Positions 18,571 to 26,646 of a DNA stretch of 64,000 nt are shown piece after piece. This DNA is from Dehalococcoidia bacterium. GTDB lineage: Bacteria; Chloroflexota; Dehalococcoidia; Lucifugimonadales; CATOSD01. The first letter of the stretch is position 1; each line of letters starts with the position of its first letter. The notes beneath the pieces were generated by a model. That model had not been told where the DNA came from, did not search any database, and saw only the letters and a program-made list of their open reading frames with translations. The position numbers were made by a program, and so were the translations under genes. The stretch is taken from the NCBI GenBank assembly GCA_034422735.1, contig DAOUJL010000051.1, positions 23,596 through 87,595 of the forward strand, read 5' to 3'.

Positions 18571-19701
18571 TTAGATGAACGCGGGCTTTTCGAAGGTGCC
18601 CTCGACGATCGGCACGGCGTCCAGGCCGAGCCAGTCCTCGAGCACGGTCGAATAGACACTGCGGAAGTCCATGTTGGGTACGAGGTCGCCCTGCTCGAGG
18701 TCGCTCGCCCTGGTGGAAGGATAGACGCCGTACTGGCCGCCCTTCACCTGGTTGCCGATCATGAACGAGACGCCGCCCGCTCCGTGGTCGGTGCCGGAGC
18801 CGTTGTCGTAGACGCGGCGCCCGAACTCGGAGAAGACGAGCATCGCGACGTTGTCCGCCGCGTCGTGCTCTTCGAGGTCGTCGAAGAAGTCGCGAATCGC
18901 GTCCGAGACGTCCCGCCACAGCGTGGCGTGCGAGCCCATCTGGTCGGCGTGGGTGTCGAAGCTGCCGTGGTCGCAGTAGAACACGCGCGTGCCGAGGTCG
19001 GCGGTGTGCACCTGCGCGATGCCCTTCAGCTTGCGGGCGATGCTGGTGTCCGCATACTCGATGGAAGAGGAGTATTGCTGAGGCGCGACCTTCAGGATGT
19101 CGGCGCCCTTGAGCGCGTCCAGTCCGGTCTGGCCCAGGAAGTCCATCACAGGCCCGGTGCCCATGGCGGGCGCGTACATGCGCTTGTAGCGCTCCAGCAC
19201 GCGGTTGCGCTTCTGCTCCTGCGAGATGTCAGTCAGCAGGCCGTAGTTGTCCAGGTCCTCGACCGTCGCCACCGGCACGCCGGGGGCGGCGAGAGCGCGG
19301 AACAGGCTGGGGCCCATGCTGACTGCGGTTACGACGTTTTCCTTGTTGGGGTCTATCTCGCGGACGGCGCGGCCCAGCCAGCCCTCGGTGCCCAGCTTGT
19401 CCGGCTCGCAGGTGTGCCAGATGTCCATCGACCGGAAGTGGGACCGGGGCGAGTTCTCGTAGCCTACGCCGTGCAGAATCGCAACCTTGCCCTCGTTGTA
19501 GAGGTCCCGCATGGGCGCCATGTTGGGGTGGAACCCGATGTGGTTGTCGATCGCCAGCACTTCGTCGTCGGCGATGTTCACGTAGGGGCGGTAGTCCCTG
19601 TAAAGGGAGTCCCCATAGGGCACCACGGTGTTCATGTAGTCGTTCCCGCCGGTGAGCTGTAGCACTACCAGGACGGGGTCTTTGGTATCACCGTTGTTCA
19701 C
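18571..19701 (-). CDS. DUF1501 (sulfatase-like) domain protein
   Basis: 376 aa. VLVVLQLTGGNDYMNTVVP...GVGYENSPRSHFRSMDIW...DHG... matches the DUF1501 pattern. No N-terminal Tat or Sec signal is visible. Confidence 0.88.
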   Translation of the reverse strand: MNNGDTKDPVLVVLQLTGGNDYMNTVVPYGDSLYRDYRPYVNIADDEVLAIDNHIGFHPNMAPMRDLYNEGKVAILHGVGYENSPRSHFRSMDIWHTCEPDKLGTEGWLGRAVREIDPNKENVVTAVSMGPSLFRALAAPGVPVATVEDLDNYGLLTDISQEQKRNRVLERYKRMYAPAMGTGPVMDFLGQTGLDALKGADILKVAPQQYSSSIEYADTSIARKLKGIAQVHTADLGTRVFYCDHGSFDTHADQMGSHATLWRDVSDAIRDFFDDLEEHDAADNVAMLVFSEFGRRVYDNGSGTDHGAGGVSFMIGNQVKGGQYGVYPSTRASDLEQGDLVPNMDFRSVYSTVLEDWLGLDAVPIVEGTFEKPAFI

Positions 19702-19769
19702 TTTGTTCTCCTCTCAAACCAACTGCCAGGTTTGGAACCGGGGCGCGAGCGCCCCGGTCGTGCTCCGCC

Positions 19770-21173
19770 TTAGGCGAACTGGTACTCTCTGAGCGATACG
19801 ATGAGCTGCAGGATCTCCGCGACCCGCTCCTCGGATTCCGCGGCCTTGTCGGCATCCCAGCAGAGATCGCCGTCCAGCGCCACGTGGGAGATCAGCTCCT
19901 TGCGGGAGTTCTCGTTGATGTCCAGCGGCCCCATCAGGTCCAGGCAGGTGTCGACAAGCGCTTCCGGTGTGCCGGAGCCCGCCTTCACCCTGTCCAGTAT
20001 GGACCGGATGCCGGGGCGGGACACATCACCGACCATCTCGGCGACGAAGTTGGTGCGCTTCATGAGCGAGCCGCTGTTTATCCACTCCGCGCCGGAGTGC
20101 CAACCCTCGACGCTGGGCGGGTTGAGCAGGTCCTGGCCCATGTAGGTGATCTCGTTGGACCAGTCGAACACCTCGGGGCAGGGAAGCTCGGTGTCGCCCA
20201 CGAAGCGGAGCGCGCCAATGACGACCTCGGTGGGGTTCTTGACCTTGTTGAAGCGAGACTCCTTGAAGAAGTCGGAGTTGAAGAGCACCCGCAGCGTCGT
20301 CCGCATGTCGTAGCCGGACTCCATCAGCGTGTCCGCCAGCAGATCCACCGCCTCGGGGTTCGTCGGTGGAGTAACCGACCATGCGGGCACCTGAGGCTCG
20401 TCGGCCACGAAGAAATTGTACAGGTGGCGCGCGATGAATATGGCGGTCGCGCGCTGTCGCAGTACGATGTCGATTATGTCTTCGCCGTTGAAGTTGCCGG
20501 TGTGGCCCAGGAAGGTCTTCTCGCCGTTGTCGTGGTCCTCTTCACGGTACTCGAAGTACCAGTCCCACCTGCCCATGTGGAACCTGGGCAGCTTGGGGGA
20601 CATGGTCCAGCCGGTAAAGGCGCGGGAGCACTCCCTCACGTCCGTCTCGGTGTAGTTGCCCACGCCCATCGTGAACAGCTCGAGCAGTTCCCTGCCCCAG
20701 TTTTCGTTGACGGCGGTGGCGTGGTTCTCGTTGTTGTCCAGCCAGTAGATCATGCCGGGGCACTTGGCGACCTCGAGCAGGATGTCGCGGTAACCGCCCA
20801 GCCCCTTCTCGCGGAACATGTCCACCATGTCGATGATCTCGTCGTAGTGGTCCACCTTGGAGACGCCGGTGGCGAAGATCTGATGGTAGAAGAGGCACAG
20901 CTTCTCCTGGAGCGGCGCCCTCGTGTTGATCATGCGCCACACCCATCCGGACTGGCCTATGCCGCCCAGCGTGCCGGGCTTCCACTGGAGGAACTGGTAG
21001 CGCAGGAACTCGTAGATGTCGACTGGCTCCTGGCTCTCGGGATGAAGCAACTCCTCTACGGTCGCCTCGTACCCTTTCGCCGCCCTCGCCTCAAGCTCGT
21101 CCCTGGTCGCTCCGAATCCTGCCCTACGCATCAGATGCGCCATCAGTTCGATGTCGGTGTTGCTCATAGGCAA
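19770..21173 (-). CDS. DUF1800 domain protein
   Basis: 467 aa. LMRRAGFGATRDELE... at the N-terminus and the usual adjacency with DUF1501. Confidence 0.85.
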   Translation of the reverse strand: MPMSNTDIELMAHLMRRAGFGATRDELEARAAKGYEATVEELLHPESQEPVDIYEFLRYQFLQWKPGTLGGIGQSGWVWRMINTRAPLQEKLCLFYHQIFATGVSKVDHYDEIIDMVDMFREKGLGGYRDILLEVAKCPGMIYWLDNNENHATAVNENWGRELLELFTMGVGNYTETDVRECSRAFTGWTMSPKLPRFHMGRWDWYFEYREEDHDNGEKTFLGHTGNFNGEDIIDIVLRQRATAIFIARHLYNFFVADEPQVPAWSVTPPTNPEAVDLLADTLMESGYDMRTTLRVLFNSDFFKESRFNKVKNPTEVVIGALRFVGDTELPCPEVFDWSNEITYMGQDLLNPPSVEGWHSGAEWINSGSLMKRTNFVAEMVGDVSRPGIRSILDRVKAGSGTPEALVDTCLDLMGPLDINENSRKELISHVALDGDLCWDADKAAESEERVAEILQLIVSLREYQFA

Positions 21174-21303
21174 TACTCCTTCGGACTATGCTCCGCCGCG
21201 CCGCCATGCAGAAGCCTGCCGCGGGCCGCGCGAACTCGCTGTTATGGCACAAGACTAGCAAACGCGAAAAACAGTGTCAAACGTTCGGGTTGGACTCGCG
21301 GGG

Positions 21304-21352
21304 CCTTTTCGTTCTCCCCCTCCCCTCTCCGGCCAGGAGAGAGGGTCAGGGT
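21304..21352. repeat. Hairpin repeat (island A module i)
   Basis: CCTTTTCGTTCTCC..CCTCTCCGGCCAGGAGAGAGGGTCAGGGT, alignable with 47226-47269. Confidence 0.8.
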
Positions 21353-21368
21353 ACCTAGGCGCGGCTCT

Positions 21369-21423
21369 CGGAAAAATCTGCTCGATTCTGCTTCATTCTG
21401 CCCATTTCGTAGCTGGGCGGGCC
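21369..21423. repeat. 55-nt repeat block (island A module ii)
   Basis: CGGAAAAATCTGCTCGATTCTGCTTCATTCTGCCCATTTCGTAGCTGGGCGGGCC. 49 of 55 positions are identical to 47418-47472 by hand alignment. Confidence 0.85.
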
Positions 21424-21556
21424 GTCCTCTTTGTGTTCAGTCGCGTCTCACCGGTGTCAGGTTTGGCGCAGCATGAGACAGGGCCGCGACCCGTTCGGCA
21501 GGCTCAGGGCAGTCTCCATCCCCAGTCCACAACCGGCGGCCACAGCGCTCGCTAGG

Positions 21557-21588
21557 TAGAAAGTAGCACGTTCGTGCTATAGAATCAA
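21557..21588. promoter_or_regulatory. Palindromic promoter-like core (island A module iii)
   Basis: Plus strand reads TAGAAA-17-TAGAAT. Minus strand reads TTGATT-17-TACTTT. The spacer holds the perfect palindrome TAGCACG-TT-CGTGCTA (21564-21579). Paralogue at 47730-47761. Confidence 0.45.
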
Positions 21589-21648
21589 GAGGGGTCTGGG
21601 CTCGTATCTGTTCAGAGTCAATGAGGCGAGTCTGGACAAGGGGCCTTC

Positions 21649-21730
21649 GCCCCCATCCTAACCTTCCCCCGTCAAGGGGGAAGGGAAAAGAGGAAGGCAC
21701 GTCACCTTCCCCCGTCCAGGGAGAAGGGAC
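21649..21730. repeat. Two hairpin repeats (CCTTCCCCC-loop-GGGGGAAGG family)
   Basis: GCCCCCATCCTAACCTTCCCCCGTCAAGGGGGAAGGGA (21649-21686) and CACCTTCCCCCGTCCAGGGAGAAGGGAC (21703-21730). Confidence 0.85.
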
Positions 21731-21762
21731 AAGCTGAAGAAAGGGCTACTTGACATAAGATC

Positions 21763-21960
21763 GGGGAAGTGGGGCTGAGAGTGGGAATTCTTGTGCCATG
21801 TGCATGGAAACTTCGAGACGCTGGCGAGATATGGGTGTGGCGTTTGGGTTACGCGGCTGGGAAGGTTTGAGACACGATTTTTGGGGTGGTTGCGGGGAAG
21901 GGACAAACGGAAGGGGCGTTGGGCGACGTATGGGGTAAGGGCGGCGGTCGCGTGGAAATG
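21763..21960 (+). other. G-rich, C-poor tract with G-quadruplex-type motifs (island A module iv)
   Basis: Many G3-4 runs. For example GGGGcgttGGGcgacgtatGGGGtaaGGG at 21913-21941. Segment 21859-21897 aligns with 47880-47911. Confidence 0.6.
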
Positions 21961-22086
21961 CCAAATTGGACCCCGGCGAAACGTGGGCCGCTCGTCGAAG
22001 GGTGATTCCGGTAGTCGTTTGCCGTCCAGATTTGACATTTCGGTAGTGTTGCGCTTACTCTCTAGGCAACTCAGGCTCGGCTTGCC

Positions 22087-22105
22087 GCTGTGGAAAATCC
22101 ACAGC
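22087..22105 (+). promoter_or_regulatory. Stem-loop upstream of the ABC permease gene
   Basis: GCTGTGGA-AAA-TCCACAGC, 8-bp perfect stem, 80 nt upstream of the ATG at 22185, no U tract. Confidence 0.3.
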
Positions 22106-22184
22106 CTTCGGCGCCTGGCCCCCAGGTTGCGTGGCTCCGGCTGAAACGGACGGGGCAGCGCGGGCAGTAGAGATGCGGTGACCT

Positions 22185-23135
22185 ATGCGCGACTACGCGA
22201 TCAACCGAGTCATCCTGCTGATACCGACGTTCTTTATCACGACGTTCATAATCTTCGTGCTCGTGCGCGTAATGCCGGGCGACGTGCTCGACCGGCTGCT
22301 ACAGGACGGCCTCATCGCCAACCAGGAGCAGTTGGAGATTATGCGCACCGAGATGGGCATCAACCGCCCGGTAGTCAATCAATACTTCGAATTCCTCGGA
22401 GACATCTTCCGCGGCGATCTGGGCGAGTCTCTCTGGACCGACCGCAAGGTCATCAACAGGATAGGCACCGCCCTCCCCGTCACGCTGGAGCTGACCTTCC
22501 TGGGGATGCTGGTGGCCGTGGTGGTAGCCATTCCGGTGGGGGTGTTCGCCGCTCTGCGGCAGGACACGTTACTCGACTACCTATTCCGTTCGTCCGCCTT
22601 CCTGTGGGTTGCCGCGCCCACGTTCTGGGTGGGCACCATCGTGATCACGTTTCCGGCGATATGGTGGGGATACCTCGCGCCGATTCGGTACGCGCGCCTT
22701 CAGGAAGATCCCATCACCAACCTGCAGCAGCTCATCGTGCCCGCTATCATCCTGGGGCTGGGGCTGTCGGGCAGCCTTATACGGATTACGCGCGCGATGA
22801 TGCTCGAGGTGCTGCGGCAGGACTACATCAGGACCGCACGGGCGAAGGGCCTGGTGGAGCGAGTGGTCATCTACCAGCACGCGCTGAAGAACGCGATGAT
22901 CCCGGTGGCGACGTGGGTCGGGCTGGACATCGCCTTCCTCATAGGTGGAACGGTGGTAATCGAGCAGATATTCACGCTGCCGGGAATGGGCCGGCTGCTT
23001 GTTGACTCTATCGACTTGCGGGATTGGCCGATGATACAGGGGGCCGCTCTCTTCTTCACCTTCTGGATTCTGTTGGTCAACCTGGTAGTGGACCTCAGCT
23101 ACGGATGGCTCGACCCCCGCGTTCGCTACGACTAG
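22185..23135 (+). CDS. ABC transporter permease, DppB/OppB-like
   Basis: 316 aa, polytopic. Paralogous to the 51..974 product (same ...RQDYIRTARAKGL... EAA-loop region and ...LDPRVRYD end). Confidence 0.93.
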   Translation: MRDYAINRVILLIPTFFITTFIIFVLVRVMPGDVLDRLLQDGLIANQEQLEIMRTEMGINRPVVNQYFEFLGDIFRGDLGESLWTDRKVINRIGTALPVTLELTFLGMLVAVVVAIPVGVFAALRQDTLLDYLFRSSAFLWVAAPTFWVGTIVITFPAIWWGYLAPIRYARLQEDPITNLQQLIVPAIILGLGLSGSLIRITRAMMLEVLRQDYIRTARAKGLVERVVIYQHALKNAMIPVATWVGLDIAFLIGGTVVIEQIFTLPGMGRLLVDSIDLRDWPMIQGAALFFTFWILLVNLVVDLSYGWLDPRVRYD

Positions 23136-23169
23136 AGCGCGCCAGGGTCGACGGCGAGGACGGAAGGCT

Positions 23170-24114
23170 ATGGCAATGAACTTCAGGCGCAGCGACGCCG
23201 GAGACTCGGCAGCCATCGAACAGGGTTTGCTGGCCGAGGGTCTCCGGCCGCAGCGCAGCCTGGCCAACCGGGTGTGGCGGGCCTGGCGGCACAAGCCGCT
23301 TGCGGCGGCCGGCGGCATCGTGCTGCTGTTCGTGGTAATCGTGGCTATCCTGGCCCCCTGGATCGCGCCCTACCACCCACTATACGCGAACCTGGGCGAC
23401 GAGCTGGTGGGTATCAGCACGAAGTACTGGGTGGGAACCGACAACTTCGGTCGGGATATTTTGAGCCGCCTCATACACGGCGCCAGGGTGTCGCTGGTAG
23501 TCGCCGCGACGTCGGTGGGCGTCGGCATTACGGGCGCCACGGCGCTGGGCATGGTGTCGGGCTACGTCGGCGGAAGGCTCGATCGCTACTTCCAGCGGTT
23601 CGTCGACGCATTTATGAGCATTCCCGCGCTGGTGTTCCTGCTGGTTGCAGCGGGCGCGCTGGGTCCGAGCCTGCAAACCGTGATTGTCATTCTTGCCGTG
23701 AGGTACACCTTTACGCAGTCGCGGCTCGTTCGGGGCGCCGTCATCTCCATCAAGGAGAACCAGTATTTTGACGGCGCGAAGGCCGTCGGCGTGCCGCTGA
23801 CAGGCATATTGTGGCGGTACGTGCTGCCCAACGTGGCACCCACGGCGCTCGTGCTCGCCACGGCCGCGGTGGGCTGGGCCATACTGGCGGAGGCGTCGCT
23901 GAGTTTCCTGGGCTACGGCGTGCCGCCGCCCAGCCCCACGTGGGGCGGGATGCTCGCCTTCGAAAGCCGCGACTTCTTCCGGCAGCAGTGGACGATGGCC
24001 GTGGCGCCGGGCGTGATACTGACCATAGTGGTGTTCAGCATGAACATGTTCGGCGACGGCGTTAGGGACGTTCTCGACCCCCGCCTGCGCGGGAGCCGGA
24101 CCGAGGCGCAGTAG
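23170..24114 (+). CDS. ABC transporter permease, DppC/OppC-like
   Basis: 314 aa. N-terminal cytoplasmic segment, then ...APWIAPYHP..., typical of DppC/OppC, and an EAA-loop region. Confidence 0.92.
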   Translation: MAMNFRRSDAGDSAAIEQGLLAEGLRPQRSLANRVWRAWRHKPLAAAGGIVLLFVVIVAILAPWIAPYHPLYANLGDELVGISTKYWVGTDNFGRDILSRLIHGARVSLVVAATSVGVGITGATALGMVSGYVGGRLDRYFQRFVDAFMSIPALVFLLVAAGALGPSLQTVIVILAVRYTFTQSRLVRGAVISIKENQYFDGAKAVGVPLTGILWRYVLPNVAPTALVLATAAVGWAILAEASLSFLGYGVPPPSPTWGGMLAFESRDFFRQQWTMAVAPGVILTIVVFSMNMFGDGVRDVLDPRLRGSRTEAQ

Positions 24115-24265
24115 GCCTCGATCTCAGACCGGACAGAATCGGAGCAGCCGTGAAAGGAGGTTTCGACGAATACCGGCCCACACAAGGTGTGCTGTCCTGA
24201 CAGCTAACATCAGGCGGAGCCGGCCGCACGTACTGTCGATCCATTCAAAGGACAGGAGGTGGAAC

Positions 24266-26503
24266 ATGTTGACTGCCAGGAACATCGGCAGCTTTGGCAC
24301 AATTCGGATGCGAGGAGGACTGGCCATCCCCCTTGTGCTGGCTGCGGCGCTGGCCTTGGCGTTCAGCCTGGCCTGTGGCGCGGACGAACCGGCAGCGCCT
24401 CCTACGCCGACACCCATCGACGTCGAAGGGATCGTCAATCGAGCGCTCGGCGGGGTCCAGCCCGGCGTAACGTCTGCTGAAGTCGCCGCGACAATACAAC
24501 AGGCGTTGGCCCAACAGCCGGGCGTAACGTCCCAGGACGTCGCCAACGAGATCGCCAAGGCACTGGCGGCGCAGCCGGGCGGAGTAACCTCCGGGGATAT
24601 GGCAGCTGCTATCGCCTCGGCGCTCGAGCAGCAGGAGCCGGGCATTACGACGGACGACGTGGCCGCAGAGATTGCCAAGGCCCTCAGCGCCCAGCAGCCC
24701 GGCGTGACCTCGGACGAGGTGGCCATGGCGATACAGAGCGCGCTCGCGGAGCGGCCCGGCGGCGTCACGGAAGCCCAGGTTGCCGCGGCAATCGAGCGGG
24801 CGCTGGCGGCGCAGCAGGCGGCAATGGCCGAGCCCACAGCGGCTCCCGATGGCATGATGATGATGGAGGCCCAGTTCGGCGGATTCCTCGAGCTGCCTAC
24901 GGGCACGGGACGCCAGACGAACACCGACCCCCACAAGACGCCGTGCTGCACCACCTGGTGGCAGCCGGTGAGCAACCGCGTAATCGACCTGCACCCGCTG
25001 ACACTGGAGCCGAGGCCGCAGGTAGCCGAGAGTTGGGAGTGGTCCGACGACCTGCTGACGCTCACGCTCAGTATTCGCGACGACATCTCGTTCCAGGACA
25101 GGGCGCCGGTCAACGGGCGCAAGATGACGGCCGAGGATGTGGCGTACTCGCTGCGCAGATCCAGGGGCCTGGAGAACCCGGACAACCTGGACGAGGTCAA
25201 CTGGCCGCGCTCCAGCGTGCTTCGCTCGATGGCTGACGCGCAGGCGGTCGACGACACGACAGTTGAGGTCACGCTGGCCAACGTGGACGGCGGATTCCTG
25301 CTGGGCCTCGGCGACATTCGCAACATGGTCGTGCCCGAGGAGCTCGTCGACCAGTGCGGCGACCTGAAGGACACGCCCAACTGTACGATCGGCATCGGAC
25401 CGTTCATACTCGACGTGTTCGACGAGACTGTGAAGTACGACTACGTGCGCAACGACAACTACTGGCGTCGCAACGACAAGGGCGAGAGCCTGCCCTATCT
25501 CGAGGGACTGCGTTACACCGCAATCTCGGACAAGGCGGCGACCATTGCCGGTCTGCGGTCGGGCCAGCTCGACATGTGGGCGTCCTCGCAGGTGATGCCG
25601 CGCAACGTGCTCGACATACAGAGCACCAACCCTGAGATCAAGCGCCACGCCTACGTCGGAGCGTGCTGCGGCAACATCGGCATACAGTTCGACATCACCA
25701 AGGCGCCGTTCGACGACATCCGCGTGCGCCGCGCCATCCACCTGCTGATCGACCGCGATACGACCTCCGGCACCCACTTCGGAGGCGGTCCGGAGAGCTA
25801 CGGCAGGGACTGGAACTACGGCACCCCCGCGTCTTCGCTATTCGTCGACTACGCGCTGCCGCAGGACGAGGTTCGGACGCTGCCGGGGTTCCGCCAGCCC
25901 AAGGCCGACGACATAGAGGAGGCCAAGATGCTGCTGGCGGCGGCAGGCTTCCCGGACGGCTTCAAGTTCCAGTGCGACGCTTCCGCAAGCGGCAGGGGCG
26001 CGGTCCACGGCGACGCCGACGGCTGCTTCCTGGTACAGGCGCAGTTCATCAGGGACTACCAGGTGAGCGGCGTTCTGCCGGAGCTCGAGATAGAGGTCAA
26101 GACCTTCGACAACATGCACGAGCGCAACGTGAACTACCTGCATCCGGGCGTGTTCTGGTGGAGCTACACCTACGAAATGGACCCGGGCCTGCAACTACAG
26201 CTCACCTATGGCTGCGAGGGCGGACGCAACTACGTCTGGCCGCGCGATCGCGACGAGGACCTGTGCGACGACACCTGGCAGTCCAAGTGGCAGGCGCAGC
26301 AGTCGGAGCTGGACCCGGCCAAGCGGCAGGAGCTGCTGCACGACCTGCAGCGCTACACCATAGACCAGGTGTGGAAGGCGCTGGTGTGGGACCCCAAGTA
26401 CAGCATCCTGTACAACGACAGGGTGCACGGAGTCGAGGAGCACCTGGGCCCGTCGGTGGGTATCATCCCCAACTACAATCTGGAATTCATCTGGAAGAAC
26501 TAG
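24266..26503 (+). CDS. ABC substrate-binding lipoprotein, family 5, with N-terminal tandem-repeat tether
   Basis: 745 aa. Signal and lipobox-like LAFSLACGA, six ~20-aa repeats, then an SBP family-5-like body. AGGAGGTGGAAC precedes the ATG. Confidence 0.9.
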   Translation: MLTARNIGSFGTIRMRGGLAIPLVLAAALALAFSLACGADEPAAPPTPTPIDVEGIVNRALGGVQPGVTSAEVAATIQQALAQQPGVTSQDVANEIAKALAAQPGGVTSGDMAAAIASALEQQEPGITTDDVAAEIAKALSAQQPGVTSDEVAMAIQSALAERPGGVTEAQVAAAIERALAAQQAAMAEPTAAPDGMMMMEAQFGGFLELPTGTGRQTNTDPHKTPCCTTWWQPVSNRVIDLHPLTLEPRPQVAESWEWSDDLLTLTLSIRDDISFQDRAPVNGRKMTAEDVAYSLRRSRGLENPDNLDEVNWPRSSVLRSMADAQAVDDTTVEVTLANVDGGFLLGLGDIRNMVVPEELVDQCGDLKDTPNCTIGIGPFILDVFDETVKYDYVRNDNYWRRNDKGESLPYLEGLRYTAISDKAATIAGLRSGQLDMWASSQVMPRNVLDIQSTNPEIKRHAYVGACCGNIGIQFDITKAPFDDIRVRRAIHLLIDRDTTSGTHFGGGPESYGRDWNYGTPASSLFVDYALPQDEVRTLPGFRQPKADDIEEAKMLLAAAGFPDGFKFQCDASASGRGAVHGDADGCFLVQAQFIRDYQVSGVLPELEIEVKTFDNMHERNVNYLHPGVFWWSYTYEMDPGLQLQLTYGCEGGRNYVWPRDRDEDLCDDTWQSKWQAQQSELDPAKRQELLHDLQRYTIDQVWKALVWDPKYSILYNDRVHGVEEHLGPSVGIIPNYNLEFIWKN
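24461..24817 (+). repeat. Six in-frame tandem repeats (57-63 nt) inside the SBP gene
   Basis: Unit lengths are 57, 57, 63, 60, 57 and 63 nt. They encode PG(G)VTSxxVAxxIxxALAxQ(Q) six times (PGVTSAEVAATIQQALAQQ / PGVTSQDVANEIAKALAAQ / ...). Confidence 0.9.
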
Positions 26504-26646
26504 AAGAGACACACCCCGGGGCGGGCCAGGCTCGTCCCGGCGTGATCCCGGAAGTGTAGGCTCGCCCCAGGCTCGCTACGGCGGGCCTGGGGTGGCTGCG
26601 TCAAGCCGCCCGCGTCTGATGCGCGGGCGAGGAAAGAGAACGGCGT

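Noticed and set aside
21658-22038. Pro-rich ~125-aa minus-strand ORFs in both islands (21658-22038 and 47585-47959). They could have been a conserved small protein.
   Set aside because: The alignable nucleotide segments of the two islands differ by indels that are not multiples of three, for example a 4-nt difference within 21859-21897 versus 47880-47911. The peptides do not align. Parts of them are translated repeat hairpins. No RBS is present.
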